A stretch of 64,000 bases of DNA from a bacterium (GCA_037130655.1 JBAXSP010000004.1:337-64336), one strand, 5' to 3'. Counted from the stretch's first letter, positions 21,425 through 30,581 are shown. The notes: generated by a model not told the origin, from the sequence alone. A program made the numbers and translations.

Positions 21425-22321
21425 CTACTGCAACAAAGGATTTGTTGAGCTATGGATTCGTTCCAACAACACACGAAAAGCTTCTTTGTTTGTAGTGATA
21501 ATCACTGTTTTAGTGTTTACAATAGACCACAACAAAACATCTTGCCCGAACTCATCACGAAGCACTCGGACGTTTTGGTTTTCAATGATACTGTCATCGA
21601 AAACTTTATAAAACAACGGATCGGCAGGAAGTGTTTCGTAATCAAACAATGGCAAAATGTTTTGTGCCATTGTACGTTCCCACTCATTCATTCCTTGAAA
21701 AGACCCGTCTGTTCCAGAGAGCGTCAAAATAATAAACGGCACTGACACATCTGTTCCATTAACCATTCCCCATTCAAACATTCCATTTGCTCCAATTACT
21801 AATTTTCGAGGAATATTTTTGTCAACAATCGACAATAGCTGTTCTGTTGTTACTGGCAATACAACACCATCGGCTCGTTCGTTACCGAAAGCGATTCTAG
21901 TAAGACCTGCGTTTGAAGTATTTTTGATATAACTTTTTTCGAGTGTATTTTTGAGTGTTTCTACATCAGACGGAAGCGGTCCAACTTTATCTTGTTTATT
22001 GAAAAAAATAAGTGGCTGTATTGGAGGCAACACTTCTGTTGTTGTTTTTTGTACATAATTTTTGAGACTGATTCCAAGAATGACAACCGTGGCAATAGAA
22101 ATAATAATTCCGAACACAAAAAATAGTTTATTGGGAAGACTTGCGAGTGTTGTTGATTTTCTAACATTTTCTTCGGCGCGTTCTTTTTCAATCGTCATCT
22201 TCACCAAAGAACCTTGTTCGCCAGTCAACGCCTGTGCAACATCTTTTTTGAAAGTTCGGACTGCACCCTGCGCAATCAAAATATCGTCATGGTTATTTGG
22301 ATTTATGTTTTCTGAATTCAC
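21425..22321 (-). CDS. Single-TM hypothetical protein
   Basis: VRTFKKD N-terminal motif, one TM, extracellular domain. Confidence 0.75.
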   Translation of the reverse strand: MNSENINPNNHDDILIAQGAVRTFKKDVAQALTGEQGSLVKMTIEKERAEENVRKSTTLASLPNKLFFVFGIIISIATVVILGISLKNYVQKTTTEVLPPIQPLIFFNKQDKVGPLPSDVETLKNTLEKSYIKNTSNAGLTRIAFGNERADGVVLPVTTEQLLSIVDKNIPRKLVIGANGMFEWGMVNGTDVSVPFIILTLSGTDGSFQGMNEWERTMAQNILPLFDYETLPADPLFYKVFDDSIIENQNVRVLRDEFGQDVLLWSIVNTKTVIITTNKEAFRVLLERIHSSTNPLLQ

Positions 22322-22361
22322 AAATATATTATAACAAATAATAATAATTTAATTGTATTAA

Positions 22362-22467
22362 AATGACTAATTACTAGTGACCAATGACCAGTATTTTGAA
22401 AACAAAAGAGGCGAAACAGAATGTTTTGCCTCTTTATTAGTCATTAGTCACTAGTCATTGGACATTG
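22362..22467. repeat. Heptamer-arm hairpin cassette #5
   Basis: AATGACT arm, hairpin AAAGAGGCGAAACA-GAA-TGTTTTGCCTCTTT, inverted TAGTCAT arm. Confidence 0.9.
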
Positions 22468-22980
22468 CTATCTGTATCCCATCAAATATTTTTTTGGATT
22501 ATCAGACAAATCAGTGAAGTCATCTACGACTTCGCGTAATTTTCCAGAAGTTGCTTTACCAAATGAAATAACTTCTACTTGTGTTCCGTAGGTATTTTGC
22601 AAATACTCTACCATCGGTATGAAGTCTCCATCTCCTGCCACAAGCACCACCGCATCAAGACGTGGTGCCATTTTCATTGCATCAACAGCAAGTCCGACAT
22701 CCCAATCACCCTTTTTGGCTCCGCCGGCAAATACTTGCAGGTCTTTTGTTTTTGTTTCAATACCAAGTTTTGTCAGTGCTTCAAAAAAGTTTTTCTCATC
22801 ACCTGCTTCACTGGTAATCACATATGCGATTGCACGCACCAGCTTTCGCCCCGCAATTGCGTCTTTGACCACTGCACCAAAATTAACTTTTCGTTTGTAC
22901 AAATTTTTTGCACTATGATACAAATTTTGTGCATCGATAAATACACCGACACGCTGTTCTTTATGTTTAATAATTGCCAT
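22468..22980 (-). CDS. NYN/LabA (DUF88) PIN-like domain protein
   Basis: VFIDAQN, KGDWDVGLAVD, GDGDF; start at MAIIKH. Confidence 0.9.
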   Translation of the reverse strand: MAIIKHKEQRVGVFIDAQNLYHSAKNLYKRKVNFGAVVKDAIAGRKLVRAIAYVITSEAGDEKNFFEALTKLGIETKTKDLQVFAGGAKKGDWDVGLAVDAMKMAPRLDAVVLVAGDGDFIPMVEYLQNTYGTQVEVISFGKATSGKLREVVDDFTDLSDNPKKYLMGYR

Positions 22981-23109
22981 ATATAAAAATAGTTTAACTA
23001 ACCGTATTAAAAATTGTTGGTGCAATATAAGCACAACAACACAATGTAAGTATAAAGGAAAACAACTCGAACCACTAATAAATAAAACACCGTATCGGTG
23101 TTTTATTTA

Positions 23110-23370
23110 TTACGCCTTTAGTTTTTTTGAAACTTCCTCGAAACGTTTCTTGTCTGTTTTTTCAAGATATTTGAGGTGAGTACGACGATCAGCTACCATT
23201 TTGAGAAGTCCGCGTCGTGAGTGAGCATCTTTCTTGTTTTTCTTTAGGTGAGTAGCCAATTCATCGATACGAGCTGAAATCAATGCGATTTGCACCTCTG
23301 GAGAACCAGTGTCAGTTTCGTGAACTTGGCTCTTTTTGATAAGATTTTGCTTTTTCTTTGTTGTTAACAT
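23110..23370 (-). CDS. rpsO: 30S ribosomal protein S15
   Basis: [25 protein letters not shown]. Confidence 0.98.
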   Translation of the reverse strand: MLTTKKKQNLIKKSQVHETDTGSPEVQIALISARIDELATHLKKNKKDAHSRRGLLKMVADRRTHLKYLEKTDKKRFEEVSKKLKA

Positions 23371-23435
23371 TGTAGACCAATAGTAGCATATAAGCCAAAA
23401 ATAAGCAAGCCCCGTATACTCGGGGCTTTAGAAGG

Positions 23436-23573
23436 TCATTGGTGGTGAAAAATCGCCATATATAGCATTGAGCCATATAATAAAAAGAGTATAGTTGCCA
23501 CTAGAATGAAAAAATATTTCAGACCATTTTTAACAATCACCCCTTCGGTGTTAGCTTCTTCTAAATTTGTCAT
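23436..23573 (-). CDS. Small single-TM protein (45 aa, below ORF-track cutoff)
   Basis: Hand translation MTNLEEANTEGVIVKNGLKYFFILVATILFLLYGSMLYMAIFHHQ; followed by hairpin terminator at ~23407-23429. Confidence 0.55.
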   Translation of the reverse strand: MTNLEEANTEGVIVKNGLKYFFILVATILFLLYGSMLYMAIFHHQ

Positions 23574-23674
23574 AATACTAATTGATTTGCTCCATTTCAA
23601 TTATGCGCTTATGCAAAACTTTTGCAAGACGACAATCACATCTCCATTGTGCGACACTACGCTATAATAGAAAC

Positions 23675-24589
23675 ATGTACGATCTCGCTCAACTCAAACG
23701 CCAGTTTCTCGAACACGTTGAAATAGAAAAAGGGCAGAGTCTCAAAACGGTCGAAAATTATGACCGCTACCTTACTCGATTCCTCGCTTTTGCCAAGGTC
23801 ACCGACCCCAAAGATATTACCGATGATATTGTTCGTGAATTTCGTCTTTTTCTCAACAGACAAACTGGAATGAAGGTTCGCGGTCAATCTGCCGCCACCA
23901 TGAAGCGCAACACACAAAACTACTATCTTATTGCGCTTCGTGCATTTCTTCGTTATCTCATGAAAAGAAATGTCACTTCCCTGCCACCCGATCGTATTGA
24001 GCTCGCAAAGATCAAAGAGCGTCACTTAGACTTGATGACGACAGCAGAACTACACCGCCTCCTTGAAGCACCAGACAAAACAACATCTGTTGGACTTCGT
24101 GACAAAGCAATCCTTGAATTATTTTTCTCCACCGGACTTCGTCTTTCCGAACTCTGTTCACTCAATAGTGATTTAGATTTATCACGAGATGATTTTTCTA
24201 TTCGCGGAAAAGGTGAGAAAGTTCGTGTTGTCTTTTTGTCTGAAGAAGCAAAGCTTGCTATTCGTGAATATTTGAAATCTCGCAAAGATATGAATGAGGC
24301 ATTGTTTGTGCAAATTTCAAAAAACAATATCGGTACTGGCCGTCTGACCCAACGTTCAATCGAGCGCATTGTTCGTCATTACGCAACCAAAGCCGGTATT
24401 TCAAAAAAAGTTACTCCACACGTTATTCGTCACTCATTCGCCACCGACCTCCTTTCCAACGGTGCAGATATTCGTAGTGTGCAGATGATGTTGGGTCACG
24501 CAAACATTGCAACAACACAGATTTATACCCACGTGACCGATGCACAACTGAGAGATGTTCATAAGAAATTTCACAGCAAAAGAAAATAA
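23675..24589 (+). CDS. XerC/XerD-family tyrosine recombinase
   Basis: RDKAILELFFSTGLRLSE, GKGEKVR, PHVIRHSFAT, LGHANIATTQIYTHV; start at MYDLAQ after TATAAT. Confidence 0.93.
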   Translation: MYDLAQLKRQFLEHVEIEKGQSLKTVENYDRYLTRFLAFAKVTDPKDITDDIVREFRLFLNRQTGMKVRGQSAATMKRNTQNYYLIALRAFLRYLMKRNVTSLPPDRIELAKIKERHLDLMTTAELHRLLEAPDKTTSVGLRDKAILELFFSTGLRLSELCSLNSDLDLSRDDFSIRGKGEKVRVVFLSEEAKLAIREYLKSRKDMNEALFVQISKNNIGTGRLTQRSIERIVRHYATKAGISKKVTPHVIRHSFATDLLSNGADIRSVQMMLGHANIATTQIYTHVTDAQLRDVHKKFHSKRK

Positions 24590-24600
24590 AAAAAATCCTG

Positions 24601-25092
24601 CTATTGAGCAGGATTTTCTGTAGAGATTGTCTCTCTCCGGTTTCTTTTACCTCGATGAGTGTATTCTTCTACTCTGAAGTTACTGTTTGACCAAACATTA
24701 TCTGTTTTACGTGCAAAGAGATAATACATTGAAGTGAGTGCATTGTAATACAACCCAGAAAGCAGTACGAGTATTGTCGTTGTTTCCCAATCGATACGGA
24801 GTTCATTTCTACCATAAGCAAAAAACAAACAAAAAGAAAAAACGATCAACGTAATTACAACAGCTCTACCTCTCGGACTAAAATCAGCAACTGTACCACC
24901 AACAGTTCCGTCACCAGGATCTGGATAGACAAGAAAAACAAATGAAAGCACAGCACAAGAGCCGAGCAAGAAATACAAATACATTTCTGTAAAAGGAGTA
25001 TTTTTTGCTAGATACTCAACATACGGCAATTTGATGTTTGCCGTGATAGCAATGAACAAAAAAGAGAGTAAAACTTTTGATATATTTTTCAT
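24601..25092 (-). CDS. Hypothetical membrane protein
   Basis: 163 aa, about four hydrophobic segments. Confidence 0.65.
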   Translation of the reverse strand: MKNISKVLLSFLFIAITANIKLPYVEYLAKNTPFTEMYLYFLLGSCAVLSFVFLVYPDPGDGTVGGTVADFSPRGRAVVITLIVFSFCLFFAYGRNELRIDWETTTILVLLSGLYYNALTSMYYLFARKTDNVWSNSNFRVEEYTHRGKRNRRETISTENPAQ

Positions 25093-25165
25093 ATGAGCAA
25101 CAATTTATCCTTCTTTAGCATACTCCCGTTTTATCCAAAAAACAATAGTTTGGTATACTATTAAA

Positions 25166-25939
25166 ATGAAAATCATTTCTTGGAACACCAACGGTGTCAG
25201 AGCTACCGACAAACAAGGACATCTCTTGCCACTTTTTGATACAAAACCAGACATTGTTTCCCTACAAGAAACCAAAGCCGAGCTCGACCAATTACCCGAA
25301 AGTGTCACTCATATTCCAGGCTATCAGTTTTTTATTTCTCCCTGCAAAACTCGCAAAGGATATAGTGGTGTTTCAATGCACATCAAAGACAGTATAAAAA
25401 TTGAAAAAGTCGAATACGGTTTTGGAAACAAAGAGTTCGATGATGAAGGACGGACGATTATTTTATACACCAAAGATTTCATCCTCCTCAATTCATACTT
25501 CCCCAACGGTGGAGGTGGACCTGTTCGTCTTGATTACAAACTTCGTTTCTATGATGCATATCTCAAATTTTTAGATAAAAACAAAAAATTCGGCAAGAAA
25601 ATTATTTTCTGTGGTGATGTAAACACCGCTCACACCGAAATTGATTTGGCTCGACCAAAAGAAAATATCGAAAACACCGGTTTCTTACCAATCGAACGTG
25701 CATGGCTCGACAAAGTTGTTACTCATGGATACATAGATACATTCCGTAACTTACATCCAGAAACCAAAGACATGTATAGTTATTGGGATCAAAAAACCCG
25801 TGCCCGCGATAGAAATGTCGGCTGGCGTATTGATTACTTTTTTGTTTCAGAAAATCTCCTCAAGCAAGTCAAAAAATCAGAAATGTTAACTGATTATCTC
25901 GGTTCTGACCACTGCCCTATCATCCTCGAGCTAAAATAA
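25166..25939 (+). CDS. xth: Exodeoxyribonuclease III / AP endonuclease
   Basis: ISWNTNG, LQETK, CGDVNTAH, GWRIDYF, GSDHCP. Confidence 0.96.
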   Translation: MKIISWNTNGVRATDKQGHLLPLFDTKPDIVSLQETKAELDQLPESVTHIPGYQFFISPCKTRKGYSGVSMHIKDSIKIEKVEYGFGNKEFDDEGRTIILYTKDFILLNSYFPNGGGGPVRLDYKLRFYDAYLKFLDKNKKFGKKIIFCGDVNTAHTEIDLARPKENIENTGFLPIERAWLDKVVTHGYIDTFRNLHPETKDMYSYWDQKTRARDRNVGWRIDYFFVSENLLKQVKKSEMLTDYLGSDHCPIILELK

Positions 25940-25984
25940 GTGTTTGTTTTTTATCCATTTTTCGTGTATGGTAAAAGAAAAAAT

Positions 25985-26116
25985 ATGGATAAAATTATAA
26001 AACTTTTGTGGGAACATCGCATAGCTACAGGCATAGGATGTTGGACATTTGTTTTATTATTCATCCTCTGGCTTCTATTTTGCACAAAAACAGAAAAAAC
26101 CAACAATCGTCAGTAA
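25985..26116 (+). CDS. Small single-TM protein (43 aa)
   Basis: Hand translation MDKIIKLLWEHRIATGIGCWTFVLLFILWLLFCTKTEKTNNRQ. Confidence 0.5.
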   Translation: MDKIIKLLWEHRIATGIGCWTFVLLFILWLLFCTKTEKTNNRQ

Positions 26117-26182
26117 TGGCGATTTCTTTTTGCATATTTCTACAAAATAAGGTACAACAAAAGAGGAAAAAGTAATACTACA

Positions 26183-26641
26183 ATGAATATATATGGAAAA
26201 CTTGAGGAAATAATTCATACAGCAAACACATTATTTCCCGAATTTTTGAAAGAAAACAAGCAAGTGCTTGGTGACAGAAAAGGAGTTTATCTTCTCGCTG
26301 TCAGCAGAAATGAATGGAAAACAGTAGGAGCTGTATTGGGAGATTTTGAAGATCCCTTGAAAATTCTTGAAAAGACTGCTTTTGCAACAGAAAAAGCTTG
26401 TCGACTCGAAAAGAATTATAAACACTTTACTTCCTTTCACACGCAAAATTACACAAAGAAACAATTTGGTGGAGCAATCAGTCTTCCAGAAATAATCCTT
26501 TCTTGCTCTGGTTTTCCAGCAATACAAGATCATTATTTCTGTTTGTCAGTACTCAAAAAAGTTGGACTATGCTCAGAAAAAGAAGAGCAGCGAATCCAAA
26601 AAGAATTTGAATGTTACAAAAACTTTGGCACCTCTTATTAA
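26183..26641 (+). CDS. Hypothetical protein, possibly GlcG/HbpS-like fold
   Basis: FATEKA ... FGGAI ... SCSGFP..QD pattern loosely resembles GlcG-like proteins. Confidence 0.5.
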   Translation: MNIYGKLEEIIHTANTLFPEFLKENKQVLGDRKGVYLLAVSRNEWKTVGAVLGDFEDPLKILEKTAFATEKACRLEKNYKHFTSFHTQNYTKKQFGGAISLPEIILSCSGFPAIQDHYFCLSVLKKVGLCSEKEEQRIQKEFECYKNFGTSY

Positions 26642-26702
26642 AACCGGAAATTTCCGGTTTTTATTTTTGTGCTATATTGGGAATGGAATATTTTTTACAA
26701 AA

Positions 26703-27182
26703 ATGAATACTATAATTGAAAACACTAGAGCTCTTTTACAAATGCTCGATGGAACTGGTGGAAGACTTTCTTTTCCCGAATCAATCCAAGAATGGCGAAA
26801 ACTGGAAACATTTTTTGAACAAACAAATAACAAACCATACCACAGTTTCACCTTGCGACTAGATGATGAAAACTCAAATGAAACTCGTTCCGAATACATC
26901 AGCATGCACGATGTAATTGAAACATCGAACGGAATATTCATCCACGGAAAGAAAGGTGGGCGACTCGACGGCACGCTCGGTGGAAACATGTGGAGCGAAT
27001 TGATTCTTTATTTTGAGAACAAAACAAAAGCCGATGAAGTGCTGGCAGGCAGTGTTACTCGAGAAAAAATCGACAGAATGTTCAACAACGTCCTGATCAT
27101 CACTAGAAAGATTAATCACTATGATCTCGAAGCCGGCCCTGCAAAAAAATTATTTTTGCAAACAGTACAACCTACTTCTTAA
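26703..27182 (+). CDS. Hypothetical protein
   Basis: ATG start downstream of terminator at ~26640-26662; followed by a terminator. Confidence 0.65.
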   Translation: MNTIIENTRALLQMLDGTGGRLSFPESIQEWRKLETFFEQTNNKPYHSFTLRLDDENSNETRSEYISMHDVIETSNGIFIHGKKGGRLDGTLGGNMWSELILYFENKTKADEVLAGSVTREKIDRMFNNVLIITRKINHYDLEAGPAKKLFLQTVQPTS

Positions 27183-27213
27183 AACACCAAAGCCCCGTAT
27201 CCTCGGGGCTTTT

Positions 27214-28764
27214 TTATTTCACTCCATGCTTCTTTCGCAACTTCCCTACTTCCTCCCCTTCCAACTCCTCTTTTTTTTCTTTCGCCTTCTCCCCTAGTTC
27301 TTTCAATGTTACGTCATCCATTTGTTCGTATTCCTTTACTCGCTCTGTCAGTGTTTCAATGGTGTTTTTACTTGGATCATCCAGCACTTCTTCGAGTAAT
27401 GCATTCAACATCCAGCCCATGCGTGGTCCGGCTTTGATTTGCAGATCATTCATCAAGTAATTCCCGTCTATTGCCAGCTGTTTCACCGAAATCGGATCAC
27501 GCAGACACTCTTCGATCATTGCATGATATTTACGCAAACGGTACGGGGCTTCAGTCTTACTCATTCCTACTCGGTCACATTCGCGCACCTGCATCAACTC
27601 CCAGATATGATCAACACCAACATTTGCCACCACTCTACGTACAGCAGAGAGTGTAATTTGTTCTGTATCAGAGAAAAACATATGCCGACGCACCATATTT
27701 GTTACATACACAACTGTTTCCCGTGAAAACTTCATTCTATCCAATATTTTTTGAGTCATTTTTGCCCCGACGACTTCGTGTCCATAAAAGGTTGGTTTTA
27801 CCTTAGCGCTTGGCGTTCTTTTTGTTCGTGGTTTTCCAATATCGTGAAAAAGCGCTGAAAGACGGATATCAGTCGAATATCCTTTGTCAGCAGCGTGTTG
27901 TACAGCACCCAGAAGATGCTCGAATACATCATAGATGTGAGCCCCACCTTGGTGACAACCGATTCCCTCTTCAAGTTCAGGGATAATGTATGTAAGTAAT
28001 CCCAATTTCTGCAGCAAAGCAATTCCTTGTGCAGGACGTGGACTTTCGATTATTTTGACAAACTCATCTCGAATTCGTTCTTGTGAGATGTTTTCTATCA
28101 ACTGTGCATGTTCAGCAATTGCCGCCAATGTCTCCCCTTCAATAGCAAAATCCAAGACTGTGGAAAACCTCACGGCACGTAACATACGCAAAGCATCTTC
28201 AGAAAATCGTTCTATCGGACTTCCGACCGTTTTGATTATTTTGTCTTTTATATCGGACTGTCCGTTATAAAGGTCAAGTATTGTGTCCTTTTCTATACTA
28301 TAGGCCATAGCATTGACCGTAAAATCACGACGTCCGAGATCTTCTGAAACGTTTCTTGTGTAACAAACTTCATCTGGATGACGATTATCACTATATTTAC
28401 CTTCCTTACGGAAAGGTGTGACTTCTACCATATAGTATTCCGTTTCATCTGAAACGATAGTATTTGTGTCACGTGAAACGTTTTTATCTAGATTTATAGG
28501 CGTTTCTTGTGTAACAATAGGAATACAGACACCAACAGTACCGAAAGTGTTCTCATAAACCGTCTTCTCAAAGAGTCCTTGAATCTCCTCAGGAGTAGCG
28601 CTTGTTGTTAGATCCCAGTCTTTGACATCTCTACCTAAAAACATATCTCGGACACAGCCACCAACAACAAAAGCCTCAAAACCAGCATTTTCGAGTTTTT
28701 GTGTTACATATGTAACATAAGAGGGAATTAGTTCTTTGTTTATTTTTTTAGGCGTTTGTTGCAT
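27214..28764 (-). CDS. cca: Class II CCA-adding tRNA nucleotidyltransferase with HD domain
   Basis: VGGCVRD...DWD, RRDFTVNA, EDALRMLRAVRF, ISQERI, HDIGK. Confidence 0.93.
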   Translation of the reverse strand: MQQTPKKINKELIPSYVTYVTQKLENAGFEAFVVGGCVRDMFLGRDVKDWDLTTSATPEEIQGLFEKTVYENTFGTVGVCIPIVTQETPINLDKNVSRDTNTIVSDETEYYMVEVTPFRKEGKYSDNRHPDEVCYTRNVSEDLGRRDFTVNAMAYSIEKDTILDLYNGQSDIKDKIIKTVGSPIERFSEDALRMLRAVRFSTVLDFAIEGETLAAIAEHAQLIENISQERIRDEFVKIIESPRPAQGIALLQKLGLLTYIIPELEEGIGCHQGGAHIYDVFEHLLGAVQHAADKGYSTDIRLSALFHDIGKPRTKRTPSAKVKPTFYGHEVVGAKMTQKILDRMKFSRETVVYVTNMVRRHMFFSDTEQITLSAVRRVVANVGVDHIWELMQVRECDRVGMSKTEAPYRLRKYHAMIEECLRDPISVKQLAIDGNYLMNDLQIKAGPRMGWMLNALLEEVLDDPSKNTIETLTERVKEYEQMDDVTLKELGEKAKEKKEELEGEEVGKLRKKHGVK

Positions 28765-28774
28765 ACAAACAATT

Positions 28775-28947
28775 TTGTGCGGGGTAGGAGAATCGTTCCT
28801 TACAGGAACAGTACCCTAATTGGCTGTTTTGTTTCGCATTGCTCCACAAAACAGCTCAATCAGGCTTCGATTCTTTGCTCGTGTTTCATAAGAAACACTT
28901 GCGCTTACCCCACACAATAACTAAGGAAATATACAGTATTTTTATTG
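28775..28947 (-). repeat. tRNA-tail cassette downstream of tRNA-Gly(GCC)
   Basis: 21-nt direct copy of tRNA 3' end (28775-28795 = 28945-28965), split inverted copy (28866-28874 + 28905-28920), shared 22-mer at 28793-28814. Confidence 0.85.
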
Positions 28948-29018
28948 TGCGGGGTAGGAGAATCGAACTCCTGTCTCATCCTTGGCAAGGACGCATTCTA
29001 CCACTAAACCAACCTCGC
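28948..29018 (-). tRNA. tRNA-Gly(GCC)
   Basis: Cloverleaf GCGAGGT.../ACCCCGC-A, anticodon loop TTGCCAA, TTCGATT T-loop; CCA not encoded. Confidence 0.93.
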
Positions 29019-29089
29019 TATTATTTTTTAATACGACTATTATAACGACTCTTTCATAAAAAAGCAATTTGTGTAATAATGCAACTATT

Positions 29090-29161
29090 GCACTTGTGGT
29101 GAAATGGATATCACAGCGGTCTTCGGAACCGTTATTCTGGGTTCGAGTCCTGGCAGGTGCA
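29090..29161 (+). tRNA. tRNA-Arg(TCG)
   Basis: GCACTTG/CAGGTGC-A acceptor, GCGGT-CTTCGGA-ACCGT anticodon arm, TTCGAGT T-loop. Confidence 0.93.
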
Positions 29162-29318
29162 CAAAAAAAACGTAGTTTTTCCTGTCTCCGCAAGTGTTTT
29201 CCTTAGAAAACACGAGGACGGACTCGAAAAGCTTTTGTAGTAGATTTCGGGCACCATAAAGAAATCTACTCAAAAGCTGTACTGTTCCTGTAAGGAACGA
29301 GTCCTGGCAGGTGCACCA
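29162..29318 (+). repeat. tRNA-tail cassette downstream of tRNA-Arg(TCG)
   Basis: Split inverted copy (CCTGTC 29181 + GGACTCGAA 29220), hairpins, GTACTGTTCCTGTAAGGAACGA 29279-29300, direct 3'-end copy ending GGTGCACCA. Confidence 0.85.
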
Positions 29319-29430
29319 AATAGTAAGTTTACTTATAAGTCCTTAATATAAAAGCCGGTCTTTAAGACCGGCTTTTATATTAGAGACTTCCTTTTTATCC
29401 CCTTATTTTTACTGATAATTTTATTGAAAC

Positions 29431-29587
29431 TGTGGATAACTCTGTGTATATTGTGTATAAGACAGTCTCTTTGGTATGAAGGTCAAATGTATTTTATAAT
29501 AAAAAACCTTTATTTTATAAGCTTTTTTATAAAAAGACGACCAATATGTAGGTTTTTAGACTTTTACACACAGGACTTTTATTCACA
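29431..29587. promoter_or_regulatory. Remote DnaA-box cluster upstream of yraN
   Basis: TGTGGATAA 29431, TGTGTATAT 29443, TGTGTATAA 29452, TTATTCACA 29579. Confidence 0.6.
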
Positions 29588-29606
29588 AACGTATAATTAA
29601 GAATAT

Positions 29607-30002
29607 ATGCCAAAAGTTTTTACTTCGAAAACACAAAAACTTGGTGAAATAGGGGAGAATCTAGCTTGTGCGTTTCTTATGAAACACGGTTTTTCTATTG
29701 TTGAGCGTAATTTCACCATTTCTTCTGGTGAAATTGATATTATTGCAAAGAAAAAGGGGATTATTCACTTTGTAGAAGTAAAATCAGCTTCTGCAAACTT
29801 CAATCACAGCGTTACACGTGCAACAACCGTTGATCCTATGGAAAACATGCATCCTATGAAAATGAAGAAATTCCTCCGAGTGGTACAGACATATTTATTA
29901 AACAAAGATATATCTGAAGATTTTTCTATAGATTTAGCCATTGTGTATATAGATGAAGTTAAAAAACAGGGGAAAGTAGAGCTGTTTGAAAATATTGCAT
30001 AA
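29607..30002 (+). CDS. yraN: YraN (UPF0102) family endonuclease-like protein
   Basis: LGEIGENLA, ERNF...GEIDII...HFVEVK. Confidence 0.9.
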   Translation: MPKVFTSKTQKLGEIGENLACAFLMKHGFSIVERNFTISSGEIDIIAKKKGIIHFVEVKSASANFNHSVTRATTVDPMENMHPMKMKKFLRVVQTYLLNKDISEDFSIDLAIVYIDEVKKQGKVELFENIA

Positions 30003-30056
30003 TCTAAATAAAAAAAACCCTGCTTTCACAGGGTTTAAGGTTTTGTTGTTGAGATA

Positions 30057-30581
30057 TTATCTATCTAACAACATAATTTGATTTGATCCATCTACTTTCA
30101 CAAGTAGATAACCAAGCTGACCATCTACATACTGGTGACTAATAGTGTAATCACCAGATAACCAAGCTGTTGGAACTTTTCTTGTTTGAGTTACCCAAAC
30201 ATCTTGATTAGGGAGAGGAAAGTTCATCCTAATTACAGGAACAGGACCATTCCCCAGATCAACATATGTCTCAATCATTTGAGCGGATATATACTGATCA
30301 CCAGGAAGTTTGTTACCGTCTTCATCCAAAACAGATGTGTCGGGTAGGTAATACAAACCAGCCAAACTGTCTTTGAAGGAAATCTTCCATTTTGACTGGC
30401 CGTATTGTGTATAACCCAAACCAAACCTGTTAACATTTACACCCTCAGCAAACCAAAGAGGGAACTCTTTGCCTGAAAGTTGTTTATCTTTTTCAGGTAA
30501 AGTAATCACTGTCGGTTTTTTTCTGCAACCAGTAACAGCTATTGTCACCAATAGAATCGTTAAATATATTGTATTTTTCAT
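30057..30581 (-). CDS. Putative lipoprotein
   Basis: Hydrophobic signal ending VTG-C followed by RKK. Confidence 0.65.
   Translation of the reverse strand: MKNTIYLTILLVTIAVTGCRKKPTVITLPEKDKQLSGKEFPLWFAEGVNVNRFGLGYTQYGQSKWKISFKDSLAGLYYLPDTSVLDEDGNKLPGDQYISAQMIETYVDLGNGPVPVIRMNFPLPNQDVWVTQTRKVPTAWLSGDYTISHQYVDGQLGYLLVKVDGSNQIMLLDR

Larger units (their letters stand above)
27715..29825. promoter_or_regulatory. Cluster of parS-like 16-bp palindromes
   Basis: 27715 TGTTTCCCGTGAAAAC, 28350 and 28501 CGTTTCTTGTGTAACA, 28441 CGTTTCATCTGAAACG, 28465 TGTGTCACGTGAAACG, 28702 TGTTACATATGTAACA, 28882 TGTTTCATAAGAAACA, 29671 CGTTTCTTATGAAACA, 29810 CGTTACACGTGCAACA versus consensus TGTTNCACGTGAAACA. Confidence 0.7.

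Noticed and set aside
23675-24589. Prophage or integrative-element integrase
   Set aside because: It looks like a housekeeping Xer-type recombinase; no phage genes or att pairs are visible around it.
23407-27212. Near-identical hairpins AAGCCCCGTAT(A/C)CTCGGGGCTT at ~23407 and ~27190 as att sites bounding an island
   Set aside because: Both sit at gene ends as terminators and the enclosed genes include housekeeping xer and xth; two copies of a short terminator are not enough evidence.
28775-28920. Intron-containing or split tRNA gene
   Set aside because: Only 3'-end fragments are present (no D-arm or anticodon arm) and the adjacent tRNAs are already complete.
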